A DNA stretch of 58,828 bases from Desulfuromonas sp. (lineage in GTDB: Bacteria > Desulfobacterota > Desulfuromonadia > Desulfuromonadales > BM515). Made by a program: the position numbers and the translations under genes. Below are positions 1 to 9,388 of this stretch, piece by piece. The DNA is taken from contig PKUF01000106.1 in the NCBI GenBank assembly GCA_002869635.1, positions 1 through 58,828 on the forward strand, in the 5' to 3' direction. The notes beneath the pieces are model-generated. The model did not search any database and had not been told where the DNA came from. It saw only the letters and a program-made list of their open reading frames with translations. Positions within the stretch are counted from its first letter, which is position 1. Every line of letters starts with the position of its first letter.

Positions 1-1
1 T

Positions 2-3000
2 GTGATTGGTGAGTTGACAGCGACCACAACCCCGATCATTAACAGCGAACTCCTTTCGCTGTCGGGAACGGCATTTATCAGTCAGGGGAACTGGAATTAC
101 GACCTTGTTGTCGATGGTTATTCTGGCAGTTGGACGCTGCAACAGGACCAGGTCATCGCCCAGAGTCTGTATCTAAAATCGTCAACCCTTGATCTCAACG
201 GCCACACCCTGACGGTCAAAGGGAATTTGATTCACAGCGGTGGCACCTTGAATGTCAACGGCGGCAGTTTGGTTGTCGAAGGGGATTATCGGATCCAGAG
301 CATCTCGACGGATGCCGAAGGAAATCCAACCTACGACTCTAGTGCCGGCTATCTGACCATGACCAACCCCGCAGACCATGTTCTGGTCTATGGCGATTTT
401 GTCATGGACTCCATGCACTCGCACAACTCTTGCCTGACGGCCGGGGTTCTTGAGGTCAAAGGGAACTTTGCGCAGAAAGGCACTTACTCTTATACAACAA
501 CTAATTTCCACACCAGCGGAACTCACCGGGTGCTGCTGTCTGGGACGACATCGCAGACCGTTTCTTTTGACACCCCCTCTTCGGGTTCCTCTCACTCTAA
601 TGTTCTGGAAATCACCAACAGCTCGGCTGGAGGGGGTGTCTTTAAAACAAAGGTAGCAGTCAATGCCTTATTCAACCATCATCGCAATAAGTTTACTTTT
701 GATGTAACCGGATCAACCTTTGTAGATTACGACGGCGACACCATCCTTGATCACCTCGATGCATTCCCCATGGATGCCAGCGAATGGGCCGACACCGATC
801 ACGATGGTATTGGTGACAACAGTGATAGCGACATCGATGGCGACGGGGTCTCTAATGACGAAGAGATTGCCATGGGAACCGACCCTTATGATCCGGCTGA
901 TGTTGTTTTGAGCTGGCTCGACTATGGGCAGATAGCGATCACCACAGCACTCAAAACGTTCACGTTTCATCACACATTTGTCGATCCCGTGGTGATCATC
1001 AGCCCCGTAGATAACGCAGACGAAGAACCTGTTGTCTTTCGTATCAAGAACATCACCCCCAACAGTTTCGATATTCGCCTGCAGGAGTGGACTTATCAGG
1101 ACGGCGCTCATGCGACAGAGACCGTCTCTTACCTCGTGGTTGAACGCGGTCGGCATCAACTTCCTGACGGTTCGATCTGGGAGGCCGGTACCTTTGATCG
1201 CAGTGATACCGGAGCCTTTGTCTCGACCTCGTTCACGCAAGCCTTTGATGTAACCCCGACCCTACTTCTTAGCGCCCAGACCATGAATGGATGGCAGCCG
1301 GTAACGGTACGCGCCAAAAATGTCGGTCCCGCAGGGTTTGAGAGTGCCCTGTATGAGGAAGAGGGGTTGATGGATGGGCATAATTCTGAAGGTGTCGGCT
1401 ACCTCGCCATCCATCAGCCGAACGGCGGTGGAACGTTGCCACTTGCGGACGGCGTGACCAGCTACACCCTGTCACAGCTCGCGGTTAACCATAACTTCAC
1501 TCAGATAAGTCATGCTGCGATCAGGGTTGAAGAAGAGCAATCTCACGACAGCGAGACGAATCACTACAACCCGGAGACGGTCGACGTTCTGATGTTTGGC
1601 TCCTCTGTTGTTTTTGCTCAGGATATCTCAACCTTCGGCGGCGACCCCTGCACACTTCGTCTCAGTCTTCTTGACAGCGACCATGACGGTCTGGTTGATG
1701 TCATCGACACAGATGACGACAACGATGGTTTAAGCGACGCCGAAGAAGAAGCCTTGGGGACCAATCCTTTGCTGGTGGACAGTGACGGGGACGGTGTTGA
1801 TGATGGCAGTGACTTCAACCCGCTCGATCCGAGCATCAATGCCGCACCAGCCGAATACATCGCCTCGACAGCCATCGATCACACCTGGCAACAAGTTGAG
1901 CTGCCTGACCCCATCAGCCAGCCCGTGGTGATTGCCGGTGTGCCGAGCTACCATGGCGCCGATCCTGGCGTGGTACGTTTGCAGAATGTCAGCGACAACG
2001 GGTTTGAAATCCGCTTTCAGGAGTGGGATTACCTCGATGACAAACATTGGGCGCCAGAAGATATCGCCTACCTCGTCAAGAGTGTTGGACATACGACCGA
2101 TGCCAACGGAGTCAGCACCGAGGTCGGGACAATCACCCTCAATGGTACAGGGAACTTCAAGCCTTTCGCCTTTACCGAAACGTTCAGCAAAGCCCCGTAT
2201 TTACTGCTGACGATGCAAACCGCCAACGGTTATCAGGCCGCAACGGTTCGCGCCAGGGAGATCACCGCAACCGGGTTCAAAGCCGCCCTGTTCGAACAGC
2301 AGAGCCTGATGGACGGGCACGGCAGCGAGACCATCGGCTATCTGGCGATTGATGCTCCGAATGCCGTCTGGATGGGGGAGACGCCAAACCAGCTTCAGAA
2401 GATCACCGCAAGCAGTCTCTTTAGCCCCGTCTTGTCCTCTCTGATTAAGGTTGAAGAAGAGAGGTCCGGCGACACTGAAACCGATCACATCGACGAGACG
2501 ATCAACGTCCTGGCGATCGGAGATAAGATTTTCGCTCAGGATATCAGCAGCGCTGGAGCCGACCCCTGCGCTCTGCGTTACAAGGCCCCTGAGCAGAGCG
2601 CTTCAATCGAGTGGGGAACCATCAACAGCGTTGACCACAACTGGAGCACCATCCCGCTGACGAAGAGCTACAACAACCCGGTTGTGGTGGTCGGCCCGGT
2701 CTCGAACAACGGCGCCGACCCCGGGGTCATCCGGACCCGCAACGTGACCTCAAACAGCTTCGAGGTTGCCTATCATGAATGGAACTACCTCGATGGTCAT
2801 CACGGGGCCCTCGAGACCATCTACTATCTCGTGGCCGAAGCCGGGACTCAGACTCTGGGGAGTTTGACCCTGCAGGCTGGAACCCTCAACACGACAAAAC
2901 TGCTTAACGCTTCAGAATGGGAGAATATCACCTTCCCGAACGCATACGGAGCCGAGCCGGCCGTCTTTGCCAGTGTGATGAGCTATGCCGGTGCGGAGAA

Positions 3001-3385
3001 GGTGACAGCCCGAACCCATCATGTCACCGCAGGCGGATTCAAGGTAACGATGCAGGAGCAGGAGTCAAAGAACGACGGGCACGCATCAGAGATGATCGGC
3101 TGGGTCGCGATCGACAAAGGGACAGCTACCGTCAATGGCCGAAGCCTGCATGTTGTAGACACGCAAACCACTGACACGGCGACGGCAACCACCTTACCCT
3201 CCACCGCTCGCCGCACCCCGTTCATCCTTGGTGCGATGCAGACGACAATTGGGGGGGACCCAAGTGTCCTGCGCTCTCAGAACTTCGGAAAGACGAGTGT
3301 TGATTTAAAGATTCAGGAAGAGAAGTCGGCGGATGCGGAAACGACCCATGCAGCAGAAGACATCAGTCTTATGGTGGTGGAGTAG
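2..3385 (+). CDS. Large secreted repeat protein (adhesin-like). It has a beta-helix-like N-terminal region, thrombospondin-type-3-like Asp-rich Ca-binding linkers, and three tandem tri-modular units of an H-type-lectin-like module (fold assignment tentative). The 5' end probably runs off the window.
   Basis: The 1127-aa ORF is open from nt 2. Motifs: DTDHDGIGDNSDSDIDGDGVSNDEE and DSDHDGLVDVIDTDDDNDGLSDAEE..DSDGDGVDDGSD. A recurring ~60-70 aa module appears about nine times, with signature G-x-DP-x-x-x-R..N-[VI]-[ST]..F..QEW-x-Y-x-D-x-x-H-x-x-E-x-[IV]-x-Y-L-V. Confidence 0.75.
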   Translation: MIGELTATTTPIINSELLSLSGTAFISQGNWNYDLVVDGYSGSWTLQQDQVIAQSLYLKSSTLDLNGHTLTVKGNLIHSGGTLNVNGGSLVVEGDYRIQSISTDAEGNPTYDSSAGYLTMTNPADHVLVYGDFVMDSMHSHNSCLTAGVLEVKGNFAQKGTYSYTTTNFHTSGTHRVLLSGTTSQTVSFDTPSSGSSHSNVLEITNSSAGGGVFKTKVAVNALFNHHRNKFTFDVTGSTFVDYDGDTILDHLDAFPMDASEWADTDHDGIGDNSDSDIDGDGVSNDEEIAMGTDPYDPADVVLSWLDYGQIAITTALKTFTFHHTFVDPVVIISPVDNADEEPVVFRIKNITPNSFDIRLQEWTYQDGAHATETVSYLVVERGRHQLPDGSIWEAGTFDRSDTGAFVSTSFTQAFDVTPTLLLSAQTMNGWQPVTVRAKNVGPAGFESALYEEEGLMDGHNSEGVGYLAIHQPNGGGTLPLADGVTSYTLSQLAVNHNFTQISHAAIRVEEEQSHDSETNHYNPETVDVLMFGSSVVFAQDISTFGGDPCTLRLSLLDSDHDGLVDVIDTDDDNDGLSDAEEEALGTNPLLVDSDGDGVDDGSDFNPLDPSINAAPAEYIASTAIDHTWQQVELPDPISQPVVIAGVPSYHGADPGVVRLQNVSDNGFEIRFQEWDYLDDKHWAPEDIAYLVKSVGHTTDANGVSTEVGTITLNGTGNFKPFAFTETFSKAPYLLLTMQTANGYQAATVRAREITATGFKAALFEQQSLMDGHGSETIGYLAIDAPNAVWMGETPNQLQKITASSLFSPVLSSLIKVEEERSGDTETDHIDETINVLAIGDKIFAQDISSAGADPCALRYKAPEQSASIEWGTINSVDHNWSTIPLTKSYNNPVVVVGPVSNNGADPGVIRTRNVTSNSFEVAYHEWNYLDGHHGALETIYYLVAEAGTQTLGSLTLQAGTLNTTKLLNASEWENITFPNAYGAEPAVFASVMSYAGAEKVTARTHHVTAGGFKVTMQEQESKNDGHASEMIGWVAIDKGTATVNGRSLHVVDTQTTDTATATTLPSTARRTPFILGAMQTTIGGDPSVLRSQNFGKTSVDLKIQEEKSADAETTHAAEDISLMVVE
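791..865 (+). repeat. Thrombospondin type 3-like Asp-rich calcium-binding repeat (coding)
   Basis: Translates to DTDHDGIGDNSDSDIDGDGVSNDEE, a D-x-D-x-D-G-x-x-D pattern. Confidence 0.6.
908..3382 (+). repeat. Three tandem protein-level repeat units (about 908-1660, 1853-2581 and 2603-3382), each built from three related modules
   Basis: Parallel strings across units. Module A: PVVIISPVDNADEEPVVFRIKNITPNSFDIRLQEWTYQDGAH / PVVIAGVPSYHGADPGVVRLQNVSDNGFEIRFQEWDYLDDKH / PVVVVGPVSNNGADPGVIRTRNVTSNSFEVAYHEWNYLDGHH. Module C: VEEEQSHDSETNH..FAQDISTFGGDPCTLR / VEEERSGDTETDH..FAQDISSAGADPCALR. Confidence 0.8.
1673..1831 (+). repeat. Second, longer thrombospondin type 3-like Asp-rich linker between repeat units 1 and 2
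   Basis: Translates to DSDHDGLVDVIDTDDDNDGLSDAEEEALGTNPLLVDSDGDGVDDGSDFNPLDP. Confidence 0.6.
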
Positions 3386-3742
3386 GGGAGGGGGGACTCC
3401 TCGCAGATCGGTTGACGCGGTTGCTCTGTCTATTTTTGCCTGTGGCTTAAAAAAAGCCAAGTAACAAACGGTGAAAAGTTTGTTTGCCCTTAAGTATTTA
3501 CGGGCAAAGTACCAGTCTGTTTTGTGACAGTATATAGACTAAGCTCTTGTTGGTTTTTCCTTTGCGATAAACCTTAAATATTTAACAGCGAATGTTTTTT
3601 AAGGGTTACCCCCTATGGACACAGTAGAGACACAGCTTGGCCCGTGACTGTGCATGAAAAGATATGTCACGTTTTGAAGCCGATAAATAGGAGAACGCAG
3701 ATTTTTGTAGTGAATCCAGAAACCTATTGACGTGAAAAGTAA

Positions 3743-4237
3743 TCATTTGAAAGTTGGCGCTTTGCATGGCAATCCACGCTCCAGGCGGATGCGTTCAAAC
3801 ACCCGGATCAGGCGCTTGCCGGTGATGGAAGTATCGATCTCTACGTGGAGTAGTTCGCGGTTAAAGTCGTCGATCACGTTAAAGGTTCGAAAGCGACGTC
3901 CCGCATAGAGAGAATCACTCATAAAGTCGGCCGACCAAACCTGGTTCGGCTGATGCGGCACGAGCAACGGCTGCTTGACCCGTTTCGGCAGTCGTTTCTT
4001 GGCCCGACGTTTCTGGTTCAGGTTGAGCTTGCAGTAGACGCGATAAACCCGTTTATGGTTCCAGCGGTGTCGCTTGCGCAGATACTTCCAGCTCTTCCAG
4101 AAGCCCCAGCGGGGGTGCTTGTCAATCAGGGCATTGAGCGCCTCAACGACCTCGGCATCCCGACCCTCCTGAGAAGGACTTCGATAATAGGCCGCCCGAG
4201 ACAAACCGACACAACGGCAACTACGCTGCACAGACAT
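3743..4237 (-). pseudogene. Truncated IS3-family transposase OrfB (integrase/DDE core lacking its C-terminal half)
   Basis: Contains ..HPRWGFWKSWKYLRKRHRWNHKRVYRVYCKLNLNQ..QPNQVWSADFMSD..FNVIDDFNRE... It is only 164 aa, whereas roughly 280 aa is my recollection of a typical OrfB. The last residues (CKAPTFK) look non-homologous. Confidence 0.8.
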
Positions 4238-4287
4238 GTGGTGCTCGGCGAGCAGATACGTAATAGCTTCACGCTTGTCAGGCGGCC

Positions 4288-4554
4288 TTAAAGCTTTTTT
4301 TCGATCAGATCCTTCAGGGCGTTATTTTCTAAAGCCAAGTCGGCATACATCCGCTTGAGACGGGCCATTTCGGCTTCCATCTCTTTCATGCGCTTCAAGT
4401 CGGAGGCATTCATGCCGCCATACTTGGATCGCCAGTTGTAATAGGTCGCATCAGAGATGCCGTGCTTACGGCAAATCTCTTTAACCTGGATGCCAGCTTC
4501 GCCTTCCTGGAGAATGGCAATGATCTGGGTCTCGGTGAAACGGGATCTTTTCAT
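4288..4554 (-). CDS. IS3-family transposase OrfA (HTH)
   Basis: MKRSRFTETQIIAILQEGEAGIQVKEICRKHGISDATYYNWRSKYGGMNASDLKRMKEMEAE.. is a classic IS3/IS407-group OrfA with a leucine-zipper tail. Confidence 0.9.
   Translation of the reverse strand: MKRSRFTETQIIAILQEGEAGIQVKEICRKHGISDATYYNWRSKYGGMNASDLKRMKEMEAEMARLKRMYADLALENNALKDLIEKKL
4294..4301 (-). other. Programmed -1 ribosomal frameshift motif A AAA AAG at the orfA/orfB junction
   Basis: The minus strand reads GAAAAAAAGCTTTAA. Shifting -1 here continues as ..EKKALRPPDKREAITYLLAEHHMSVQRS.., which runs straight into the OrfB frame. Confidence 0.75.
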
Positions 4555-4824
4555 CAGGGCCTCCTGGGCACATTGTGCCAGAAAGCTCTACTTTTGACAT
4601 GTCTCAGATTATGGGAAGCTTACGCGACCATTTTCCCTTCTTGCTAATCATAAAGTTAGCCCCACAACCTACCCTAGGTCGTGGGGCTTCTCTGCTGTCT
4701 ACGGTCCATTTCCGGTCCGGGCATACCCCCCTCCCTCAAATCACCGCTACTTTGTCGCCATCCGCCATCGGCTTCAAATCTGGCTTTCTCTACCCCTTCA
4801 TCCCCTTAGCCTGCTTCTCACATC

Positions 4825-4845
4825 AAAAAAGGGCTTTAAAAGCCC
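4825..4845 (-). terminator. Rho-independent terminator candidate downstream of the GAF histidine kinase
   Basis: The minus strand shows a short GGGCT/AGCCC stem followed by TTTTTT. Confidence 0.45.
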
Positions 4846-4928
4846 CCCCCAAATACCACCAGACCTGAAGCCCCCCACCGATTCAGACCATCATGCGGTG
4901 GCGTCAACGATTGAGGGCTTACCTCACC

Positions 4929-6209
4929 TCACAAGGGCAGCCAAAATGAAACCGTTGTCCCTTTCCCTACAGCACTATCAACCCTAATTATCCCTTTATG
5001 GTCTACTATAATTTGCTTAACGATACTCATTCCCAACCCGAGACCTCTTACTGCGGTGTTTCCCATATCCGCCCTATAAAATTTATCAAAAACCTTCTCT
5101 ACCTGTTCTCTATTCATCCCTTTTCCACAATCAACAACTGATGTTTTACAAAAAGATTCGTCCTTTTCAATAAAAATTGAAACCCTGGAACCTTCTGGAG
5201 AATACTTAATAGAATTACTTAGAAGATTTTCTATAACCTGAGAAATCCGGTGAGAATCTATGCTTATCGTTTCCGGCAAGTTTGGATCGACATCGATATC
5301 AATTAAATTCTTAGACTGAAAGTTAAACCTTTCCACAATCCTATGAACAAGTTCTTTAAATATAACATGATCAAAATCTAGAGGTATACTTTGACCAGAT
5401 TCAATCCTACTAACATCTAATATATCATCAATTAACTTCGTTAGGCGGTCTGCATTGTTTATTATTTCTAGACCAAAATCATCTTTTTGCTCATCAGAAA
5501 AAGACTCACTCAAAAACTTATCCGAAATTAGTTCAGTGTAACCCATTATACTTGCGACAGGTGTACGGAGTTCATGCGCAGCAGTAGAAATAAATTCACT
5601 TTTAAGCCTATCTAACTGTTCTAAACTTTTCTGCGCTTCTTTGAGCTTTTTTGACTCCGAAACTAGCTTCTGACTATTTTCGAGGTTGTTCAATGCCTGA
5701 CAAGCCAAAGGGGCAAACCGAACCATCAGATTTTTATGATCCACATTAAAAAATGATTTTTGGGAGCTCACACAAACCAATATCGCCTTGGATGTTGGCG
5801 TATTTAAAGGCGCATGCAATGCTGAAGCGGCAAAAGCTTTCATTCTTTCAGACTGCACATTCCACTCAACGCTTTGCTGAACATCAAACATCACAATTAT
5901 TTGGCCAGACAAAACCCTTTCAAACACCTTACCTGGAACCCACAACGTTGCCGCAAAAACATCGTCCGTAGCTGCAGAGACTGAAAAAACACCGGGATTT
6001 TTTTCCTGTAAAACAAAAGCATGATCAAAGCCAAGAAAGTCTTTAAAAACTTTCAACAAGCTATTGAAAGCCTCAAAAGTGTTTTCAGCCTGAGTAATAA
6101 TACGCAAACCCTCTAGAACCCCTTCCAAAACAATCCGGTGTCTTCGTTCCGAATCACGTGCGCGATTCAAATCCACCAACATTTCGCGGAGTTCTTCAGT
6201 ATTCACCAT
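4929..6209 (-). CDS. Cytoplasmic sensor histidine kinase (GAF-like N-terminus, HisKA, HATPase_c)
   Basis: H-box FISTAAHELRTPVASIMGY. N/G boxes ENLLSNSIKYSP, DCGKGM and GLGLGMSIVKQI. No TM segment is evident. Confidence 0.9.
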   Translation of the reverse strand: MVNTEELREMLVDLNRARDSERRHRIVLEGVLEGLRIITQAENTFEAFNSLLKVFKDFLGFDHAFVLQEKNPGVFSVSAATDDVFAATLWVPGKVFERVLSGQIIVMFDVQQSVEWNVQSERMKAFAASALHAPLNTPTSKAILVCVSSQKSFFNVDHKNLMVRFAPLACQALNNLENSQKLVSESKKLKEAQKSLEQLDRLKSEFISTAAHELRTPVASIMGYTELISDKFLSESFSDEQKDDFGLEIINNADRLTKLIDDILDVSRIESGQSIPLDFDHVIFKELVHRIVERFNFQSKNLIDIDVDPNLPETISIDSHRISQVIENLLSNSIKYSPEGSRVSIFIEKDESFCKTSVVDCGKGMNREQVEKVFDKFYRADMGNTAVRGLGLGMSIVKQIIVDHKGIIRVDSAVGKGTTVSFWLPL

Positions 6210-7424
6210 CTACACTCCAAGTACAGGCTTATTACTAAATACAACACTAGATATCATGAGATTGCCATGTATATTTTTACGATTAGCGTCAAAATGGCCT
6301 TGTTCGCCAAAAGTAAATATCCCCAAGAAAGGCTTCCCATTCATTGAATTTGCAACCTGCAATGCCACCTGTTGCATCTCTTGATCTACCGCGATCATGC
6401 AGCCAGCACAGTAAGTTACAATTCCACCACATACATCTTTCACATCAAAATCACCCGCATTGATGGCAGACTCAACAACTCGCCCTGCCCTTGAGATCAA
6501 ATTTTGGCGAGACCCCTCCATGAGAGTGACCTCATCACCTTCTTCCAAAGATGCAAAAATACCTATTCCGCCCCCCTTCATTACGCGCTCTGGATGAATA
6601 AGTCTGTAATGTTCCAACTGCCCTTCCAATGAAACCTTTTTGCCTATGGGGTTCAAAGTCGTAACAGCGAGGGCATTGCCACCCTCACCAACCACACCAT
6701 CCAGCAAACCACCTGTCCACTCGTTGTAAACCTCAGCGGCAGGACGATCGTCTATTTTCAACAGAGTCCTTTTTGATGCGTGAGTAACAACTCCTTCCTT
6801 TCCCGTTGGATCATAGCCCCCCTGAAATGCTTGAGACATTTTAAACGATGGAAAGAAGACGCTAACGACAACTGCGTTTTTATAAGCGTGCTGGCCATCA
6901 ATTTGACTCCATTTGCCGTCAATTGAATTATCGGCGGTACTACCACCAGAGATAGGAACGCTCGCCCCTACGACATCCTCAATCCCTCGCAGAAGCTCCT
7001 CTTCAACTCCAGGAGCAGCGCTGACCCAGATATGTGCAGGCACTTCGCCTTGACGTTCTGATTTTTCGAGTGCATTCAAAACCGCAGATGCTGCTGAGCG
7101 TCGCGGGTCACTACCAATTTCAGACGCCCCCACTCCGTAGCTACCTTCATCGTCAACAATCACCAGCGCTCCCAAAGCGCGGCCATTTACGCTGCAGAAC
7201 CCCTTAGAGGACATCACACCAAGACACGATGTCCCACCATGAACGGGACCATCTATCCCCAAACACCCCAAAGCTTTTAGTATCGCATCACCATCATACT
7301 GCTCCGTGTAAAAGACCAGCAACCATGCAGGTTTTTCGTTATCATCGAGCTTGAATTGACCAACAACATCTTCTATTGCTTTTTTTTCATCTTCTTCAAC
7401 CGTACTCGCAACAAGCACCTTCAT
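6210..7424 (-). CDS. FIST-domain (FIST_N/FIST_C) sensory protein
   Basis: About 400 aa with FIST-like strings such as ..GGTSCLGVMS.. and ..FTFGEQG... ATG at 7424 is preferred (AAAGGG upstream) over TTG at 7442. The stop TAG (6210-6212) directly abuts the kinase ATG (6207-6209). Confidence 0.75.
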   Translation of the reverse strand: MKVLVASTVEEDEKKAIEDVVGQFKLDDNEKPAWLLVFYTEQYDGDAILKALGCLGIDGPVHGGTSCLGVMSSKGFCSVNGRALGALVIVDDEGSYGVGASEIGSDPRRSAASAVLNALEKSERQGEVPAHIWVSAAPGVEEELLRGIEDVVGASVPISGGSTADNSIDGKWSQIDGQHAYKNAVVVSVFFPSFKMSQAFQGGYDPTGKEGVVTHASKRTLLKIDDRPAAEVYNEWTGGLLDGVVGEGGNALAVTTLNPIGKKVSLEGQLEHYRLIHPERVMKGGGIGIFASLEEGDEVTLMEGSRQNLISRAGRVVESAINAGDFDVKDVCGGIVTYCAGCMIAVDQEMQQVALQVANSMNGKPFLGIFTFGEQGHFDANRKNIHGNLMISSVVFSNKPVLGV

Positions 7425-7744
7425 AAGCCAGCCCTTTCTCAAAGTCTAGACCATGTACACAAGAATCCATCCCCCTCGGGTTGACAAGGGGTTGCTTCGA
7501 GGAAATCTTCGATGGGTAGAAAATTTTAAACAAAAAGGGTGGGCAGCTTTATCAGCAAGGCACGGCTTCCTTTCATCGACCATGATTGGCAAGAAACATT
7601 CTCCCCCTCAGCATAGACCCTTGCTCCAAACGATGTTCTACTATATTCTCATACACTCTCTTCAAAAAGCAATCCTAGACGCCCCACGGATGCAAAGGAG
7701 GGGACGCCCCCCCAGAGGCGGCCCCGTGACTGAAGGACAAGAGC

Positions 7745-9388
7745 ATGAAACAAAAAAACAACTTAGCCTTGCTTACGCATAAAAATCGTTATTGTCCGGC
7801 CGACCTCACAAAGCAAGGGATATTTTCAAATCGGTTGGTGGGGATCGAAATGAGCGATCCAGTTGGCCGCATTATGGAAGCCAATTCTTTTTTTCTCAAT
7901 TTTGTTGGCTATGATGAAAACGACCTGAAGTGGCTTACAGTCGACCACCTGTGCCATCCTGACGATAAAGAACGCGAACTGGACTTAAGACAGCAGCTAT
8001 TCAATGGTGGTCTCGACCATATAACGTTCAGAAAACGTTACGTTAACAAATCAGGGAAAACTGTATGGGGAGAGACAAGCCTCAACGCTATTTACGATGA
8101 GGCCGGAAATTGTAACGCGTTGATAGCGACAGTGGTCGATGCAACAAAATACCGGCGTGAAGAACTATTACAGAAAGGACAATCACGAGTCCTTGACCTT
8201 TTATACAGGAATAGTTCGCTTGATGAGGTTTGCAATGCGATTGTAAGATCTATTGAAGAGGTTGAACAGGGATTATTGTGCTCCATATTGCAACTTGACG
8301 AAACAACAGGAACATTACACAAACTAGCGGCCCCAAGCCTTCCTGATTTTTATAACGACGCGATAGAAGGGATGAAGATTGGTGACGGGGTAGGATCATG
8401 TGGTACCGCGGCATTTTACGGTCGAAGGGTGGTCGTCTCGGACATTTTCAACCATCCCTACTGGATCAAAGCCAAACGTTTAATCGAAAGAACAAACTTG
8501 CGTTCATGTTGGTCGCAACCAATTTTCTCTAACGACGGTCGAGTGCTAGGAACGTTTGCAATATATTACACTGAACCTAGAGAGCCAGGGCCGTTTGAAT
8601 TAGACCTCATCCGATCAGCTGCTGACTTGACCGCTCTAGCAATGAGCTACAAGGGTGCTATAAGCGTTCTAGAGAAAAACAATCAAAGAAAAAATGAGGC
8701 GATTTCAACTGCGGCCCATGAACTGAGAACACCTATTACATCGATTATGGGTTACGCCGAATTACTACGCCATACCAATGGATATGAAATTCCCAACACA
8801 GTAAAGAGTGATGAGTTTATTGATATCATCATGGAAAGGTCTGAAATGCTGTCGCGTATTGTCAGCGACCTTTTTGACATTAGCAAAATTGAGAATGGTT
8901 GCAGTTTGGACCTCGTGATCAAACCAGAAAGAATTCACGTAACGCTTGAAAAGGTCATTAATCACTTCAAAAACTGCGTTAAAAGCCACTCTTTCCACCT
9001 AAAAGAGGATAAAGAACTACCAGAGATACTCCCGTATGACGAAGGAAGGATAATACAGGCACTAGATAATCTGCTCAGCAATGCGGTAAAATATTCTCCC
9101 GCGGGAGAGGTAATAGAGTTGACCGCCGTTGCCAGTTCGGATCAATTACGTCTATCCGTTACTGACTTCGGAATAGGAATGGAGACCTTTCAAATTGGAA
9201 AGATTTTTGACAAATTCTATCGTGCAAACTCCAGCAGCCAAGAAACACAGGGGTTAGGCATCGGAATGAGTATTGTAAAGGAAATCATTGAAGCTCATCG
9301 GGGCAGAATAAGCGTAGAAAGCGCCCCCGGAAAAGGGACAACGGTCACTCTCAACATTCCAATCCGTCAGCTTGATCATCATGTCTGA
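7745..9388 (+). CDS. PAS-GAF sensor histidine kinase, paralogous in its transmitter to 4929..6209
   Basis: PAS region (..FRKRYVNKSGKTVWGETSLNAIYDEAGN..), GAF region (..GSCGTAAFYGRRVVV..), H-box ISTAAHELRTPITSIMGY, and G-box GLGIGMSIVKEI. Confidence 0.9.
   Translation: MKQKNNLALLTHKNRYCPADLTKQGIFSNRLVGIEMSDPVGRIMEANSFFLNFVGYDENDLKWLTVDHLCHPDDKERELDLRQQLFNGGLDHITFRKRYVNKSGKTVWGETSLNAIYDEAGNCNALIATVVDATKYRREELLQKGQSRVLDLLYRNSSLDEVCNAIVRSIEEVEQGLLCSILQLDETTGTLHKLAAPSLPDFYNDAIEGMKIGDGVGSCGTAAFYGRRVVVSDIFNHPYWIKAKRLIERTNLRSCWSQPIFSNDGRVLGTFAIYYTEPREPGPFELDLIRSAADLTALAMSYKGAISVLEKNNQRKNEAISTAAHELRTPITSIMGYAELLRHTNGYEIPNTVKSDEFIDIIMERSEMLSRIVSDLFDISKIENGCSLDLVIKPERIHVTLEKVINHFKNCVKSHSFHLKEDKELPEILPYDEGRIIQALDNLLSNAVKYSPAGEVIELTAVASSDQLRLSVTDFGIGMETFQIGKIFDKFYRANSSSQETQGLGIGMSIVKEIIEAHRGRISVESAPGKGTTVTLNIPIRQLDHHV

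Larger units (their letters stand above)
3743..4606 (-). mobile_element. IS3-family (IS407-like) insertion sequence remnant. The left end and orfA are intact. orfB is cut off inside the DDE core.
   Basis: There is an orfA HTH protein, an A7G slippery site and the orfB N-terminal half. The putative terminal sequence TGAGACATGTC.. (minus strand) ends near 4606. Similarity to transposases stops after ..ERIRLERGLP (about nt 3767), before the usual DNGxEF segment. Confidence 0.8.

Noticed and set aside
4575-4868. A 97-aa plus-strand ORF between the IS end and the kinase gene. Also 7453-7782 in the divergent FIST/kinase promoter region.
   Set aside because: No RBS and a low-complexity Pro/Leu/Ser sequence. 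The regions contain hairpins and terminators and are better explained as intergenic.
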